A stretch of DNA of 64,000 nucleotides from Vampirovibrionales bacterium (GCA_044358835.1 JBIKNF010000004.1:20047-84046); one strand, 5' to 3'; positions 16,283 to 26,788 are shown, numbered from the stretch's first letter. Made by a program: numbers and translations. Notes: generated from the letters alone by a model not told the origin.

Positions 16283-18466
16283 ATGACCTCTGCCGTTCAA
16301 ATTCGTCTAACTCCCTTGCAAACCTTGGCTCAAGCCTACGGTATTTCCCTTGAATTTACAGATGCCTTCAACCAAGTGCAACAAACATCCCCCTATGCCC
16401 TTGAAAAAGTGTTAAATGCCTTGGGTGTTGGTTTTTGTGACACCGAAACGGCTTGTAAAAAACGCTTGGCCGAATGGGAAGAAGCCCAATGGAAGCCCGT
16501 TTTAGCACCCATGACGGTGTGGCGTCAAGGCGATGTGCAACCCCTTCGCATTCAACTGAATTTTATGCCCAAATCACCTGTTGATTGGAAAATTACGGAC
16601 GAATACGGCACTGTCTATACGGGTCAACTCGCCCTGAATCCGCTTAACAAAATTGATGAAAAAAGTTTTGACCGTCGTGGGCTTCTTTTTTCTAACAAAG
16701 AACTCCGTTTTGCGTGGCACTGGCATATTGAAGCGCAACTGCCCCAAGGGTATCATCAAATCGAACTGAGCTACCGTGGGGAACGTTTGGTGCAAAGCAA
16801 ATTGGCCGTAACTCCTCGTCATGCTTATATTCCTGAAGTGATGCAACAGGGCCAAGTATGGGGTGTTTCATCTCAACTTTATAGCTTTAAAAGTTCGCAA
16901 AATTATGGCATGGGCGATGTAAACGATCTACACTGCTTGGTAGATTCGCTTGCTGAAGTGGGGGCTTCGGCCATTGGCTTAAATCCCCTGCACCAAATTT
17001 TCCCGCATGATGCTTCGGCCATTAGTCCGTATTCGCCTTCAAGCCGTTTGTTTTTGAATTGGTTGTACATTCACCCGCAAAACAGTGTGGATTTTCATCA
17101 ATCCGAGGTGGCTCAGCTACTTTACACGCAAAACAAAAACGTGATAGATTCTGCGCGAAATAGTGAACTGGTGGATTATGAAACGGTGGCGGATGTAAAG
17201 CGTCCGATTTTAGAGGCGATGTTTCAAAGCTTTAGTGAAAATCACCTGGCGAAAGATTCGGATCGTGCCAAGGCCTATGTGGCCTTTATGAAACGTGAAG
17301 GCGATGCCTTACATCAGCTTGCCTTATACGAAGCGCTTTGCGAATATTTTCACACGCAAGATTCAAGCCTTTGGGGATGGCCAGTCTGGCCAGAAGCCTT
17401 CCGAAATCCTGACAGCCCTGAAGTAAAAACCGCTAGCGTGCGTTTGAATCAACGGGTTCAATTTTTTGCGTACCTTCAATTTTTAATGGATGAACAACTC
17501 ACGGCGGTGGCCCACCATTGCGAAGAACGCCACTTGCCCGTAGGGCTTTACATGGATTTAGCGGTGGGTTCTGGCATTGGAGGGGCTGATGTGTGGATGA
17601 ACCGTAGCCTCTATAGCACCAGTGCTTCTGTGGGTTGCCCGCCTGATTTATTCAACCAGCTGGGCCAAAACTGGGGCCTGCCCCCCATTCGACCCGAAGT
17701 CTTAAAGGCCCAACAGTTTGAACCGTTTATTCAATTGTTGCGTGCCAATATGAAGTACGCGGGTGCCTTGCGAATCGATCACGCCTTGGCTATTTTTAGA
17801 GCGTATTGGATTCCTGTTGGGGAAACCGGTCAACACGGGGCGTATGTCGACTATCCTTCCCATGAATTGCTGGGCTTGATTGCACTAGAAAGCCAACGGG
17901 CCAAGTGCTTGGTGATTGGGGAAGATTTAGGCACGGTTCCAAACTGGGTGCGTGACACCTTTATGGATTGGAACATTTTTAGTTACCGTATTTTTTACTT
18001 TGAACGTGGGGCAGGCAATCAGTATATTGCGCCGCAAGATTACCCTGAAAATGCCCTAGTCACCATTTCAACCCATGATTTACCGACCTTGCAAAGCTAT
18101 TGGCAGGGCAAAGATATTACGCTGAGAAATGAATTAAAGCTCTTTCCTACGCCAGAAAAGTTTGAAGAAGAATGGGCGGCTCGCCCCTTTGAGCGTCAAG
18201 CCTTGTTGGATGCGTTGATTCACAATAACGTGATGCCTGAAGGGTATAGTCATAATCAAGCGGATTACCCAGAGGCCCTGCCTCAAGCCATTGCTCATGC
18301 GGTAGATGCCTTTTTGGCTCATACCCCCAGCAAACTACGCATGCTACAACTTGAAGATGCCATGGGCTTAACGAGTCAAGTCAATATGCCGGGTACGGTG
18401 AACGAGCATCCCAATTGGCGACGCAAACACCCCGTAAAAGTGGATGAGATCAAGAACATTTTATAA
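16283..18466 (+). CDS. malQ: 4-alpha-glucanotransferase (amylomaltase, GH77)
   Basis: SPYSPSSRLF, DLAVG, PPDLFNQLGQNWG, LRIDH, GEDLG and THD catalytic motifs. Confidence 0.95.
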   Translation: MTSAVQIRLTPLQTLAQAYGISLEFTDAFNQVQQTSPYALEKVLNALGVGFCDTETACKKRLAEWEEAQWKPVLAPMTVWRQGDVQPLRIQLNFMPKSPVDWKITDEYGTVYTGQLALNPLNKIDEKSFDRRGLLFSNKELRFAWHWHIEAQLPQGYHQIELSYRGERLVQSKLAVTPRHAYIPEVMQQGQVWGVSSQLYSFKSSQNYGMGDVNDLHCLVDSLAEVGASAIGLNPLHQIFPHDASAISPYSPSSRLFLNWLYIHPQNSVDFHQSEVAQLLYTQNKNVIDSARNSELVDYETVADVKRPILEAMFQSFSENHLAKDSDRAKAYVAFMKREGDALHQLALYEALCEYFHTQDSSLWGWPVWPEAFRNPDSPEVKTASVRLNQRVQFFAYLQFLMDEQLTAVAHHCEERHLPVGLYMDLAVGSGIGGADVWMNRSLYSTSASVGCPPDLFNQLGQNWGLPPIRPEVLKAQQFEPFIQLLRANMKYAGALRIDHALAIFRAYWIPVGETGQHGAYVDYPSHELLGLIALESQRAKCLVIGEDLGTVPNWVRDTFMDWNIFSYRIFYFERGAGNQYIAPQDYPENALVTISTHDLPTLQSYWQGKDITLRNELKLFPTPEKFEEEWAARPFERQALLDALIHNNVMPEGYSHNQADYPEALPQAIAHAVDAFLAHTPSKLRMLQLEDAMGLTSQVNMPGTVNEHPNWRRKHPVKVDEIKNIL

Positions 18467-18473
18467 GTCTAAA

Positions 18474-18498
18474 AAAAGAGGGCATATTGCCCTCTTTT
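18474..18498 (+). terminator. Intrinsic terminator after malQ
   Basis: AAAAGAGGGC-ATATT-GCCCTCTTTT. Confidence 0.8.
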
Positions 18499-18772
18499 TA
18501 GTAACACAATGTAAATAAAGTGCAATTATGAAGTGGGCCTTGTGTTTATTGTGTTGTAAACATTTGGGGAAATTATTCCAAAAAAACTATATGAAACTAT
18601 CATGGGGCGATTTGTGCGTGCACGACTTCACAAGATCTCTTGAATTTTAATCGGCTCGGCCGATCTCGCATTAGTTGTTGGGAAGCACTTATGGCCGTAT
18701 TGTTAAGATCACTCTCTCTATTCATGTTAATCAACACAGGCTTATTCAACTATAAAAAGGCATACACCACGG

Positions 18773-19540
18773 ATGAATCGTATTAGTTCCACTCCTTTTT
18801 CACCTTACGGAAACAGCCCGCCCGCTTTGATTTTTCCACCAGCTCAAGGGTATTCGAATGATTCAAACAATTACAGTAAATACCCCCCCGGTTCGCCTTT
18901 GGCCAATCCACCTTCGATTTATGGAAATACGTTTCAAGCGCCGCCTCGAACCATTTCTGCGTTCACAGGGTATGACCCCCGTGTGGGATATAATCCCACC
19001 GTCTATGACAGCCCTGTTAGGCACGATGGCTTTTTGGGGTATATGGCCCCTCAATATATTGGGCAATCTCCTGTTCCCGTGTATAGTTTAAAAGAACTCA
19101 TGTTGGGTCGTGGGGATGCGACGATTTATCCCTACCCGCCTAGCTATAACACACCGTTACCCGCTTACGCACCACTACAGAGCTATGGCCCACCGCAAAG
19201 CTACGGCCCACCACAGAGTTATGGCCCACCACAAAGCTACGCCGCGCCACCGCAGAGCTATGGCCAACCACAAAGCTACGCACCACCGCAAAGCTACGCA
19301 CCACCACAGATCTATGGCACACCGCAAAGCTACGGCCCACCACCCAGCTACGCGCCACCGCAAAGCTACGGCCCACCGCAGAGCTATGGCCAACCACAAA
19401 GCTACGCACCACCGCAGAGCTACGGCCCACCACAGTCACAGTTTACTAGTTTTCAATATACAGGGCCACGTAATGCTTTGCAGAACCCCATTTATGGGCC
19501 ACCCCAACAAACCCATCCCATGGGGGTTCGGTATTTTTAA
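18773..19540 (+). CDS. Low-complexity protein with (S-Y-G/A-P/Q-P-Q)n repeats
   Basis: 255-aa ORF. The third codon positions vary between repeat units while the amino-acid pattern is kept. Confidence 0.75.
   Translation: MNRISSTPFSPYGNSPPALIFPPAQGYSNDSNNYSKYPPGSPLANPPSIYGNTFQAPPRTISAFTGYDPRVGYNPTVYDSPVRHDGFLGYMAPQYIGQSPVPVYSLKELMLGRGDATIYPYPPSYNTPLPAYAPLQSYGPPQSYGPPQSYGPPQSYAAPPQSYGQPQSYAPPQSYAPPQIYGTPQSYGPPPSYAPPQSYGPPQSYGQPQSYAPPQSYGPPQSQFTSFQYTGPRNALQNPIYGPPQQTHPMGVRYF
19181..19435 (+). repeat. Intragenic tandem repeat: 14 units of 18 bp (one is 21 bp)
   Basis: Unit consensus AGCTAYGSCCMACCRCAR; 13x18+21=255 bp. Confidence 0.95.
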
Positions 19541-19560
19541 AAGATTATACAAGTTAACGA

Positions 19561-21156
19561 TTAAGACAAATTCGTCACAAAGGTGAATAAGGTGGCGACT
19601 GGTGTGCCTGTGGATGTTTCATCTTCCAACATATCCGCCCCAGCAATATCTAAATGCACAACAGGGGTGCCTTCTTTGGCACCACTCATCACAAAAGCCC
19701 CCGCGGTTTGAAACCCACGTTCACTGCCACGGTTGGTGTTGCGAATATCTGCCCCATCGAGCTTGGATTTAATGTTTTCAAAGTCTGCCGGGGTAACATC
19801 CACATACTGAACAGCATCCCCCCCACGTTGAGCAGACGCTTCAATTAAATGCCCCCACTTAGGTGAATTAGACATTAAACAAATGGTATTACCCACCGCC
19901 ATTTTCGCAGCCCCTGTTAAAGTCGCAATAGTGATAATCGCTTCAGGATCCAACGCATTGGCTTTGGTAACAGCATCAATCAAGGTCAAACGTCCTTCCG
20001 CATCTGTATGGCGGATTTCAACTTTCTTGCCACAGGTGGTATCCACAATCGAATCAGGGATCATGGCATCTGAATCAATTTTATTGGGCGTTGCGGCCAA
20101 ATACATATGCACTTCAACCGCTTCAGGTTGGAACTCCCCTAAGGCTTTGGCTACCCCCAACACAGACGCACCGCCCGCCATATCTCCCTTCATCGTCACC
20201 ATGTAATTACCCGGTTTAACTTGGTAACCGCCGGTGTCAAAAATAACCGATTTACCCACTAACGCCACTTTACGGCTGGGGTTTGTACCTTTATAAACCA
20301 AGTGAATAAAGCGTGGCGGGTCACTCTTTACATTGCCACGAGCCACCGTATAAAAGCAAGGCATTTCTTTTTCAAGGGTCTGTAAATCATCTACCACGTT
20401 TAAAGTGAATCGATCAGGAAAGGCGTGAGCAATTTCTGTAGCAGCATCCACCAAGGTTTGCACGGTTTTGGTGTTCGCTGGCTTGTTGACGAGATCTTTG
20501 GCTAAAGCACGTCCATTATTTAAGGCGATCAAAAAGGGCAATTTTTTTTCGACGACTTCGACGTGTTCCGTGATGAGAATCACTTTTTTGAAGGCTTTAA
20601 CAGGCTTCAAGGATTCAGCGGAAACGTACGTAGCATCATACAAGGCTTTAAGCACCGCTTGAGCAATGACATCAGCTTCGACGTTCACTTTGTTGTCTTC
20701 ATCATTCAACAAGGAACCGCCAAAACGCTCATAATTTTTCACTAATGACACGGCAACCGTATGCAAGGATTCATCTTTGCCCAGCAACGATTTCAAAGAA
20801 AAGGCATAGGCTTTGCTTAACGCCCCTTGATCCGCATTTTTAGGTTTGCCTAAGCCAAGTAGAATCACACGTTTGACGGCATAGTGTTCACTTTGAGGCA
20901 AGCGCAAAATGAGTTGTGTGGCCCTAGCGCCGGAAAAACCTTCTTCCTGAGCAAAGTCATAAATACTAAAGCCAATGGCTTCACTTAGGGCGTCAATGGC
21001 GTGGCTTTGTGGGAAGCGAGGTGTTTTTTGACTTGCTTTGTCATTATCGTCATCTGCTCCTTCTGCTTGCCAAATCGGGCTAATCACCGTGGTGGCTTCT
21101 TTGTTGGTAAAAGGGCATTCATTACTCACGTGAATTACGGGGGCTAAGTTAGGCAT
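19561..21156 (-). CDS. pepA: Leucyl aminopeptidase, M17 family
   Basis: VGKSVIFDTGG, MKGDMAG, HTDAEGRL and ATLTGA metal-binding motifs. Confidence 0.92.
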   Translation of the reverse strand: MPNLAPVIHVSNECPFTNKEATTVISPIWQAEGADDDNDKASQKTPRFPQSHAIDALSEAIGFSIYDFAQEEGFSGARATQLILRLPQSEHYAVKRVILLGLGKPKNADQGALSKAYAFSLKSLLGKDESLHTVAVSLVKNYERFGGSLLNDEDNKVNVEADVIAQAVLKALYDATYVSAESLKPVKAFKKVILITEHVEVVEKKLPFLIALNNGRALAKDLVNKPANTKTVQTLVDAATEIAHAFPDRFTLNVVDDLQTLEKEMPCFYTVARGNVKSDPPRFIHLVYKGTNPSRKVALVGKSVIFDTGGYQVKPGNYMVTMKGDMAGGASVLGVAKALGEFQPEAVEVHMYLAATPNKIDSDAMIPDSIVDTTCGKKVEIRHTDAEGRLTLIDAVTKANALDPEAIITIATLTGAAKMAVGNTICLMSNSPKWGHLIEASAQRGGDAVQYVDVTPADFENIKSKLDGADIRNTNRGSERGFQTAGAFVMSGAKEGTPVVHLDIAGADMLEDETSTGTPVATLFTFVTNLS

Positions 21157-21341
21157 AGAGTTCTTTCTTTCTCTTTAAAGGTCCCAAAAGGGACTATCTC
21201 TCATAACAGTATAAGTATAGCATAATTTTGGGCTTGTTCGTGACGTCTCGTGGTGAATCTTCCCACACACGTTTTATTCGACCTTTAAGCTGGATGCGAT
21301 ACAATACTAAGGTAGCCTACTTAAGTAAAGGATCCCGATTG

Positions 21342-21911
21342 ATGAAACATGCGATGAGTGAAACCCAAGTTAAACGCCTGTGTAAAACAGTGTTACACGT
21401 GGCCATTGAATCACTGGCCCATACGCCTTACCTCCCACTGGCTGTAGAAGTGGAACAGAGTCAAGGGCGTTTGGTGCTTCAGATTTTTGTGGAAAAGCAA
21501 GGCGTTCGTATTACCTTAGATGAATGTGCTGAAGCTTCTTTGGTATTGGAAGCCCCTTTAGCAGATTTGGCTGAACTTCAAGCCCATTCCTATGTGCTTG
21601 AAGTCAGTTCCCCTGGTTTGTTTCGTCACCTCAAAACCTTTCGTGAATTGGAATTTTATAGAGGCAAAACCGTGACACTTAAACCGCTGGATGTCCCTGA
21701 ATCAAAAGCTACTGCCCATTTATTTCCCCCCAAACAATTGGGGCAAGTGCAGGTTCAAAACGCTGATATACTCGTTTGCTTAAAAAGCGAAACAGGTACA
21801 GAAGAACGCTTTTTATTATCCAGCCTTCCCCAAGGGCAGGGTCTTTGCTTAGCCCCACCCATTCAATGGCCTAATGATGAAGAGGACGACCTTCCCCTAG
21901 ACGCTGAATAA
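21342..21911 (+). CDS. rimP: Ribosome maturation factor RimP
   Basis: ITLDECAEAS and YVLEVSSPGLFRHLK motifs; first gene of the nusA-infB operon. Confidence 0.88.
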   Translation: MKHAMSETQVKRLCKTVLHVAIESLAHTPYLPLAVEVEQSQGRLVLQIFVEKQGVRITLDECAEASLVLEAPLADLAELQAHSYVLEVSSPGLFRHLKTFRELEFYRGKTVTLKPLDVPESKATAHLFPPKQLGQVQVQNADILVCLKSETGTEERFLLSSLPQGQGLCLAPPIQWPNDEEDDLPLDAE

Positions 21912-22057
21912 GTCGGTAAAACCAAATTGCTGTGTTAAAATATGTTTAAGACGCAATATGCGTCCTTGCATTTATTTATGCTTTGATTAACATGGTAGTA
22001 AGGCATTGTGCCAAACTGTTTACAATTAAATACTCGAACAATGAGGAGTCCTAAAAC

Positions 22058-23410
22058 ATGATAAAAGTCGGATCCGCCCTATTAGAATATGCTGAACAAC
22101 TTGAACGTGAACGAGGCATACCCAAAGCCTTTATTATTGATTCACTCAAAGAAGCCATGCTTGCGGCGTATCGTCGTTATGCCAAGCTGCCTAGCACCGA
22201 AGGTTTATTGTGCCGACTTGTTGAAAAATCGGGCGAAATTGGTATTTTTCAAGAAAAATTCGTGGTGGAAAAAGTCGTTCATGTGGAAGCCCCTGAAGCC
22301 TTTGAAGGTGATTTAGAAGCGGCCTTAGACGCTGTAGAAGCACTTGTTGAAGAACCGCAACCTACTGAAGCCACTGAAGACGATGCCCCTGAGTTGAGCG
22401 AAGAAGAACGTGCTGCCCTTTCCCTAGAAGCCCGCAAAGCCAATCCCTTCCACCAAATTTCTTTGCAAGACGCTCGCCACATCAAGGCCGATGTTCAGAT
22501 CGATGATGTGCTTGAAATTGATGTAACGCCTTCTGAGTTTGGGCGTATTGCGGCACAAAGCGCTAAGCAAGTCATCACCCAGCGAATTCGTGAAGCAGAA
22601 AAACTATTGATTCAAGAAGAGTTTGATGAAAAGAAATATACTGTTGTGCCTGCGGTCGTTCAGCGTGTGGAAGGCCGTAACGTTTGGGTGAATATCGGGC
22701 GTAATGACGCTCTACTCCCTACTCGTGAACAACTGCCAGGGGAGTATTACCGCGTAGGTAATCGCATTCGGGTGTATGTTTTAGAGTTAAAAGATTCAAA
22801 TCGCATGCCCACCATCGTGGTGTCTCAAGCTCACCCCGCCATGGTGCGTGAAGTGTTTGAGCTTGAAGTGCCTGAAATTGAAGATGGCTTGGTGGAAATT
22901 AAATCCATTGCTCGAGAGGCAGGGCATCGAACGAAAGTAGCTGTTTTTGGAACGGATGGCGATGTGGATCCGCAAGGGGCCTGTATCGGCACACGTGGTA
23001 GTCGTATTCAAGCCATTGTCAGCGAGCTTCGTAACGAAAAGATTGACATCATTCGTTGGTCTGACAATCCTGGAGAGTTTATCGCCAACGCGTTGGCTCC
23101 TGCACATATTTTAGAAGTGCGTGTGGATTCAGACCCTGAGCTTAAACGGGCCTTGATTATTGTACCTGATGAGCAACTTTCCTTAGCGATCGGGCGTGAA
23201 GGGCAAAACGTTCGTTTGGCGGCTAAGCTCACAGGTTTTAAACTGGACATTAAAAGCCTTTCTCAATTCCAACGTTTGAGAGAAGAGTTCTTTAACCGTC
23301 GTGCCAAATCTGAAAACGACGCCCTTGAAGAAGGAGGCGAAGAAGCTGAAGCCCTTCAAGAGCAATTATTAGAAGGTGTGGAAAAGTCCATTCCCGCTGA
23401 AGAAGACTAG
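22058..23410 (+). CDS. nusA: Transcription termination factor NusA
   Basis: FGRIAAQSAKQVITQRIREAE, AREAGHRTKVAV, GACIGTRGSRI and LSLAIGREGQNVRLAAKLTG. Confidence 0.97.
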   Translation: MIKVGSALLEYAEQLERERGIPKAFIIDSLKEAMLAAYRRYAKLPSTEGLLCRLVEKSGEIGIFQEKFVVEKVVHVEAPEAFEGDLEAALDAVEALVEEPQPTEATEDDAPELSEEERAALSLEARKANPFHQISLQDARHIKADVQIDDVLEIDVTPSEFGRIAAQSAKQVITQRIREAEKLLIQEEFDEKKYTVVPAVVQRVEGRNVWVNIGRNDALLPTREQLPGEYYRVGNRIRVYVLELKDSNRMPTIVVSQAHPAMVREVFELEVPEIEDGLVEIKSIAREAGHRTKVAVFGTDGDVDPQGACIGTRGSRIQAIVSELRNEKIDIIRWSDNPGEFIANALAPAHILEVRVDSDPELKRALIIVPDEQLSLAIGREGQNVRLAAKLTGFKLDIKSLSQFQRLREEFFNRRAKSENDALEEGGEEAEALQEQLLEGVEKSIPAEED

Positions 23411-23416
23411 AGCTTG

Positions 23417-23447
23417 GGGGGAAAGTTGGTTCCCCCTCATCTTTTTT
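23417..23447 (+). terminator. Possible intra-operon terminator between nusA and ylxR
   Basis: GGGGGAA/TTCCCCC stem; the T run is separated from the stem by a few nt. Confidence 0.4.
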
Positions 23448-23498
23448 CTGTTTGATACATTTGTTCCTTAACAGTTTAATAAAAAAGAAGGGAAGGCC

Positions 23499-23825
23499 AT
23501 GCCTGAGGAGCGTAAATTTAAACGTCGTTGCGTCATCTGTCGTCGCGACTATTGGAAAAAGGATCTTTTTCGAATACGCCAGTCAAATTTAGGCTTGTGC
23601 CTTCAGTGGAAAGACGCTATTTTTGACATCTCTTCTGCCCTTCCTTCTTCTTTGCCCCCTGTCCCTCAGGGACGTTCAGCTTATCTGTGTACTTCCCCAG
23701 AATGCGTGTTGAAAGTCCCCCTGCAAAAGGGTCGCTACATGGCTCAAGCTCTGCGAAGCTCTATTTCAGTGCAAGCGCTTAAATCCTTGGCGAATACCTT
23801 GCAACATCCCCCTACATCAACATAA
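23499..23825 (+). CDS. ylxR: YlxR (DUF448) family RNA-binding protein
   Basis: RRCVICRR, QGRSAYLC..ECV; conserved position between nusA and infB. Confidence 0.85.
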   Translation: MPEERKFKRRCVICRRDYWKKDLFRIRQSNLGLCLQWKDAIFDISSALPSSLPPVPQGRSAYLCTSPECVLKVPLQKGRYMAQALRSSISVQALKSLANTLQHPPTST

Positions 23826-23843
23826 AACGAGGTGCTTCCGCAC

Positions 23844-26729
23844 ATGACTGCAAAAGTAAGAGTTTATGAACTCGCTAAAGAACTCAATATCCAAAATAAA
23901 GACTTGGTTGAATATCTTCAAAAAACCTTGCAACTGGGTGAAGTCAAAAGCCATTCCAGCTCCATTTCTGCGGAAGAAGCGCTTAAAGTGCGTCGCCATT
24001 ATGACAAACAAGGGCCAGCTAAAGAAACGAGTCAGCAGAAGCCCTTGCCTTCTGTTGAGCAAGCCGATGCGCTTAGTAGACAAAAAAATGAACGCTCCGT
24101 TAAAATTTTCAATCCCAATGCTCCCAAAAAGGAAGCGTCGGTGCCCGCTTCAACGCCTTCATCTGCCAAAAAGTCGTTGCCAGAAGCGCCTGCTAAAGAA
24201 GCCCCTGTTCTTGTTCCTGTAGATTATACCGCTAAAATTCGTAATTTAGACGATCCTTCTCCACGTCCTGCTTCTTCAGCCAATAAGCCACAAACGCCTC
24301 GTCGTTCGACGGTTTCAACATACTCGCCTCCACAACGCCCTGCCCAAGGAGCCAGGCCGTCTTCCACGGCTCGGCCACCCGAACAGCGAAGCAGTACAAC
24401 CGCAAGTAGTTACCGCCCCAATTATGCGGGAAGTCCGCAAGGCAGTGGCCCCACCAGAGAAGGGACCCCCGCAAAACGACCCAGCTTACAGCCTAAAGCA
24501 GGCACTGTTAAGCCGATCGATCAGCGCACCTTGCGAAAAGACGGTGAGACGCCTCAACAAGGGCAACGCCCCTATCAAGGTGGCTCACATCAAGGGCAAG
24601 GCACAAGGCCTCAAGGGCAACGTCCTTCTTTGTCTCCATCGGGCGGGCAATCCGCACAAGGTCGTCCTCACTCCGCTCAGCGTCCGTCAACCCCTCCCCT
24701 TGGGGATTCATCCCTTGTGGTTTCGGCTGATTTTATTCCTGAAGTCACTAAGGAAAAAGAACGAGCCAAAAGCTTTTTGCCTCAAGCCAAAAATAAATCC
24801 TCTATTTCCAAGTACGTCAATAAAAGCGAACTTGAAAAGGAAAAAGAAAAACTCAGTGCTTTATTGCGTCCCGCTAAAAAATCAAGCAAAACGTCTAAAG
24901 CAGAACGTCGTGCTACAGCAGCGGCCATAGAAGCAGAAAATTCGATTCCTCCGACGCATTTGATGTTTGATCACCCCATTACCGTGCGAGAACTCGCGGA
25001 TTTACTCAAGCAAAAAGACACGGAAGTGATTAAATACCTGTTTATGAAGGGTATTATGGTCACAATCAATCATACCTTAGATTTTGATGCGATGATTGAC
25101 ATTGCCAAGTACTTTGAAGTGGAAGCTGAAGTGAAAAAAGGTCAAGATATGAGCGAAGTCGAAGTCGCTAATGTCTTAGATCGTAAATCTGATTCAGATG
25201 AAGATGAATCCTACGTGCCTCGCGCTCCCGTTATTTCTATTATGGGGCATGTCGATCACGGTAAAACGTCGTTGTTAGATGCTATTCGTGAAATTCGCAC
25301 GAATATCGTCGACACCGAAGCAGGCGGTATTACTCAGCGAATCGGCGCGTATACGGTTGAAAAAAATGGGCAGAAAATCGTTTTCTTAGACACCCCCGGT
25401 CACGAAGCGTTTACCGCGATGCGTATGCGCGGTGCGCAAGCCACCGATATTGCCATCTTAGTCGTGGCGGCGGATGATGGTGTCATGCCTCAAACCATTG
25501 AAGCGATTAACCATGCCAAAGCCGCAGGAATTCCGATTATTGTGGCGATTAATAAAATCGACAAAGCCGGTGCGGATCCTGATCGGGTCATGTCTGCCTT
25601 AATGGAACATGGTGTGATTTCTGAAAAGTATGGGGGAGATGTGGTCACCGTTGAAGTCAGTGCTTTACAGAAATTAGGTATTGATGATTTGCTTGAAAAC
25701 ATTCTATTGCTTTCAGAATTGTTGGAACTCAAGGCCAATCCGCATGTGGCGGCTGAAGGCATTGTTATTGAAGCAAAATTAGACAAAGGCAAAGGCCCTG
25801 TAGCGAGTGTATTGGTTCAAAAAGGCACACTCAAAGTTGGGCAGAACATCTTGATGGGCGCCGTTGGGGGACGTGTACGTGCCTTGATTAACGATGCGGG
25901 TGAACGCATTCAAGAAGCAGGTCCTTCAACGCCTGTAGAAATTTTAGGCTTAGAAGAAGTGCCTGCTTCTGGTTCAACCATGCTGGTGATTGAAAATCAT
26001 AGTGAATTTAAACAACGCTTGAGCTTGGCTCAAACCAAAGAACGGGAGCGTCGTTTGTCGGCACGAACTCGAAATGCAGGGGGTTTAACCACTTCTTTAG
26101 ACGATGAAAATAAAAAAGAACTCCGCATTGTACTAAAGGCCGACACCCATGGCTCTTTGGAAGCGGCTCAAGGTTCCTTGGTGAAGTTGGACACCGCAGA
26201 AGTGCAAGTCAACATTATTCATACAGGAACAGGCGATATTACGGAAGCGGATGTGATGCTAGCCACCGCTTCTAAAGCGATTATTATTGCCTTTAATAGT
26301 CGAGAAGACGTCAATGCGTCTCGCATTGCGGAATCAGAAGGCGTGGTGGTTCATCGCTTTGATGTGATTTATCATATGGTCGATCGCGTTGAAAAATTGA
26401 TGCTAGGTGAATTAGATGCCGATATTGTAGAAGTTGAATGTGGCCAAGCCGAAATTCGTCAACATTTTACGATTGGTAAAACGGTTGTAGTCGCGGGTTG
26501 TATGGTGACTCAAGGTAAAATCGTCCGTAGCGGACGCATTGAAGTCAAGCGCAACGGCAAAGTCATTCACGAAGGCTTTATTGACTTACTAAAACGCTTT
26601 AAGGATGATGTGAAAGAGGTGGCACAAGGCTTTGAATGTGGTATTACCATTGCCAAATTTCATGATCATCAGATGAGCGATGTAATCGTCTGCTTTCAGC
26701 AAGAAGAACGTAAACGTACCAGCCTGTAA
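23844..26729 (+). CDS. infB: Translation initiation factor IF-2
   Basis: KVRVYELAKEL N-terminus; GHVDHGKTSLLD, GGITQRIGAY, DTPGHEAF and NKID GTPase motifs. Confidence 0.98.
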   Translation: MTAKVRVYELAKELNIQNKDLVEYLQKTLQLGEVKSHSSSISAEEALKVRRHYDKQGPAKETSQQKPLPSVEQADALSRQKNERSVKIFNPNAPKKEASVPASTPSSAKKSLPEAPAKEAPVLVPVDYTAKIRNLDDPSPRPASSANKPQTPRRSTVSTYSPPQRPAQGARPSSTARPPEQRSSTTASSYRPNYAGSPQGSGPTREGTPAKRPSLQPKAGTVKPIDQRTLRKDGETPQQGQRPYQGGSHQGQGTRPQGQRPSLSPSGGQSAQGRPHSAQRPSTPPLGDSSLVVSADFIPEVTKEKERAKSFLPQAKNKSSISKYVNKSELEKEKEKLSALLRPAKKSSKTSKAERRATAAAIEAENSIPPTHLMFDHPITVRELADLLKQKDTEVIKYLFMKGIMVTINHTLDFDAMIDIAKYFEVEAEVKKGQDMSEVEVANVLDRKSDSDEDESYVPRAPVISIMGHVDHGKTSLLDAIREIRTNIVDTEAGGITQRIGAYTVEKNGQKIVFLDTPGHEAFTAMRMRGAQATDIAILVVAADDGVMPQTIEAINHAKAAGIPIIVAINKIDKAGADPDRVMSALMEHGVISEKYGGDVVTVEVSALQKLGIDDLLENILLLSELLELKANPHVAAEGIVIEAKLDKGKGPVASVLVQKGTLKVGQNILMGAVGGRVRALINDAGERIQEAGPSTPVEILGLEEVPASGSTMLVIENHSEFKQRLSLAQTKERERRLSARTRNAGGLTTSLDDENKKELRIVLKADTHGSLEAAQGSLVKLDTAEVQVNIIHTGTGDITEADVMLATASKAIIIAFNSREDVNASRIAESEGVVVHRFDVIYHMVDRVEKLMLGELDADIVEVECGQAEIRQHFTIGKTVVVAGCMVTQGKIVRSGRIEVKRNGKVIHEGFIDLLKRFKDDVKEVAQGFECGITIAKFHDHQMSDVIVCFQQEERKRTSL

Positions 26730-26788
26730 TGTTGGGTTAGGTCGTTCCTCGCCCGTTATGTTGGCTTGAACAAGCAAGGAGTTTTGTC

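Noticed and set aside
19110-19586. His/Arg-rich and Val/Trp-rich alternative-frame ORFs over the 18-bp repeats
   Set aside because: They are a by-product of stop-free tandem repeats. Variation between units fits third positions of the SYGPPQ frame.
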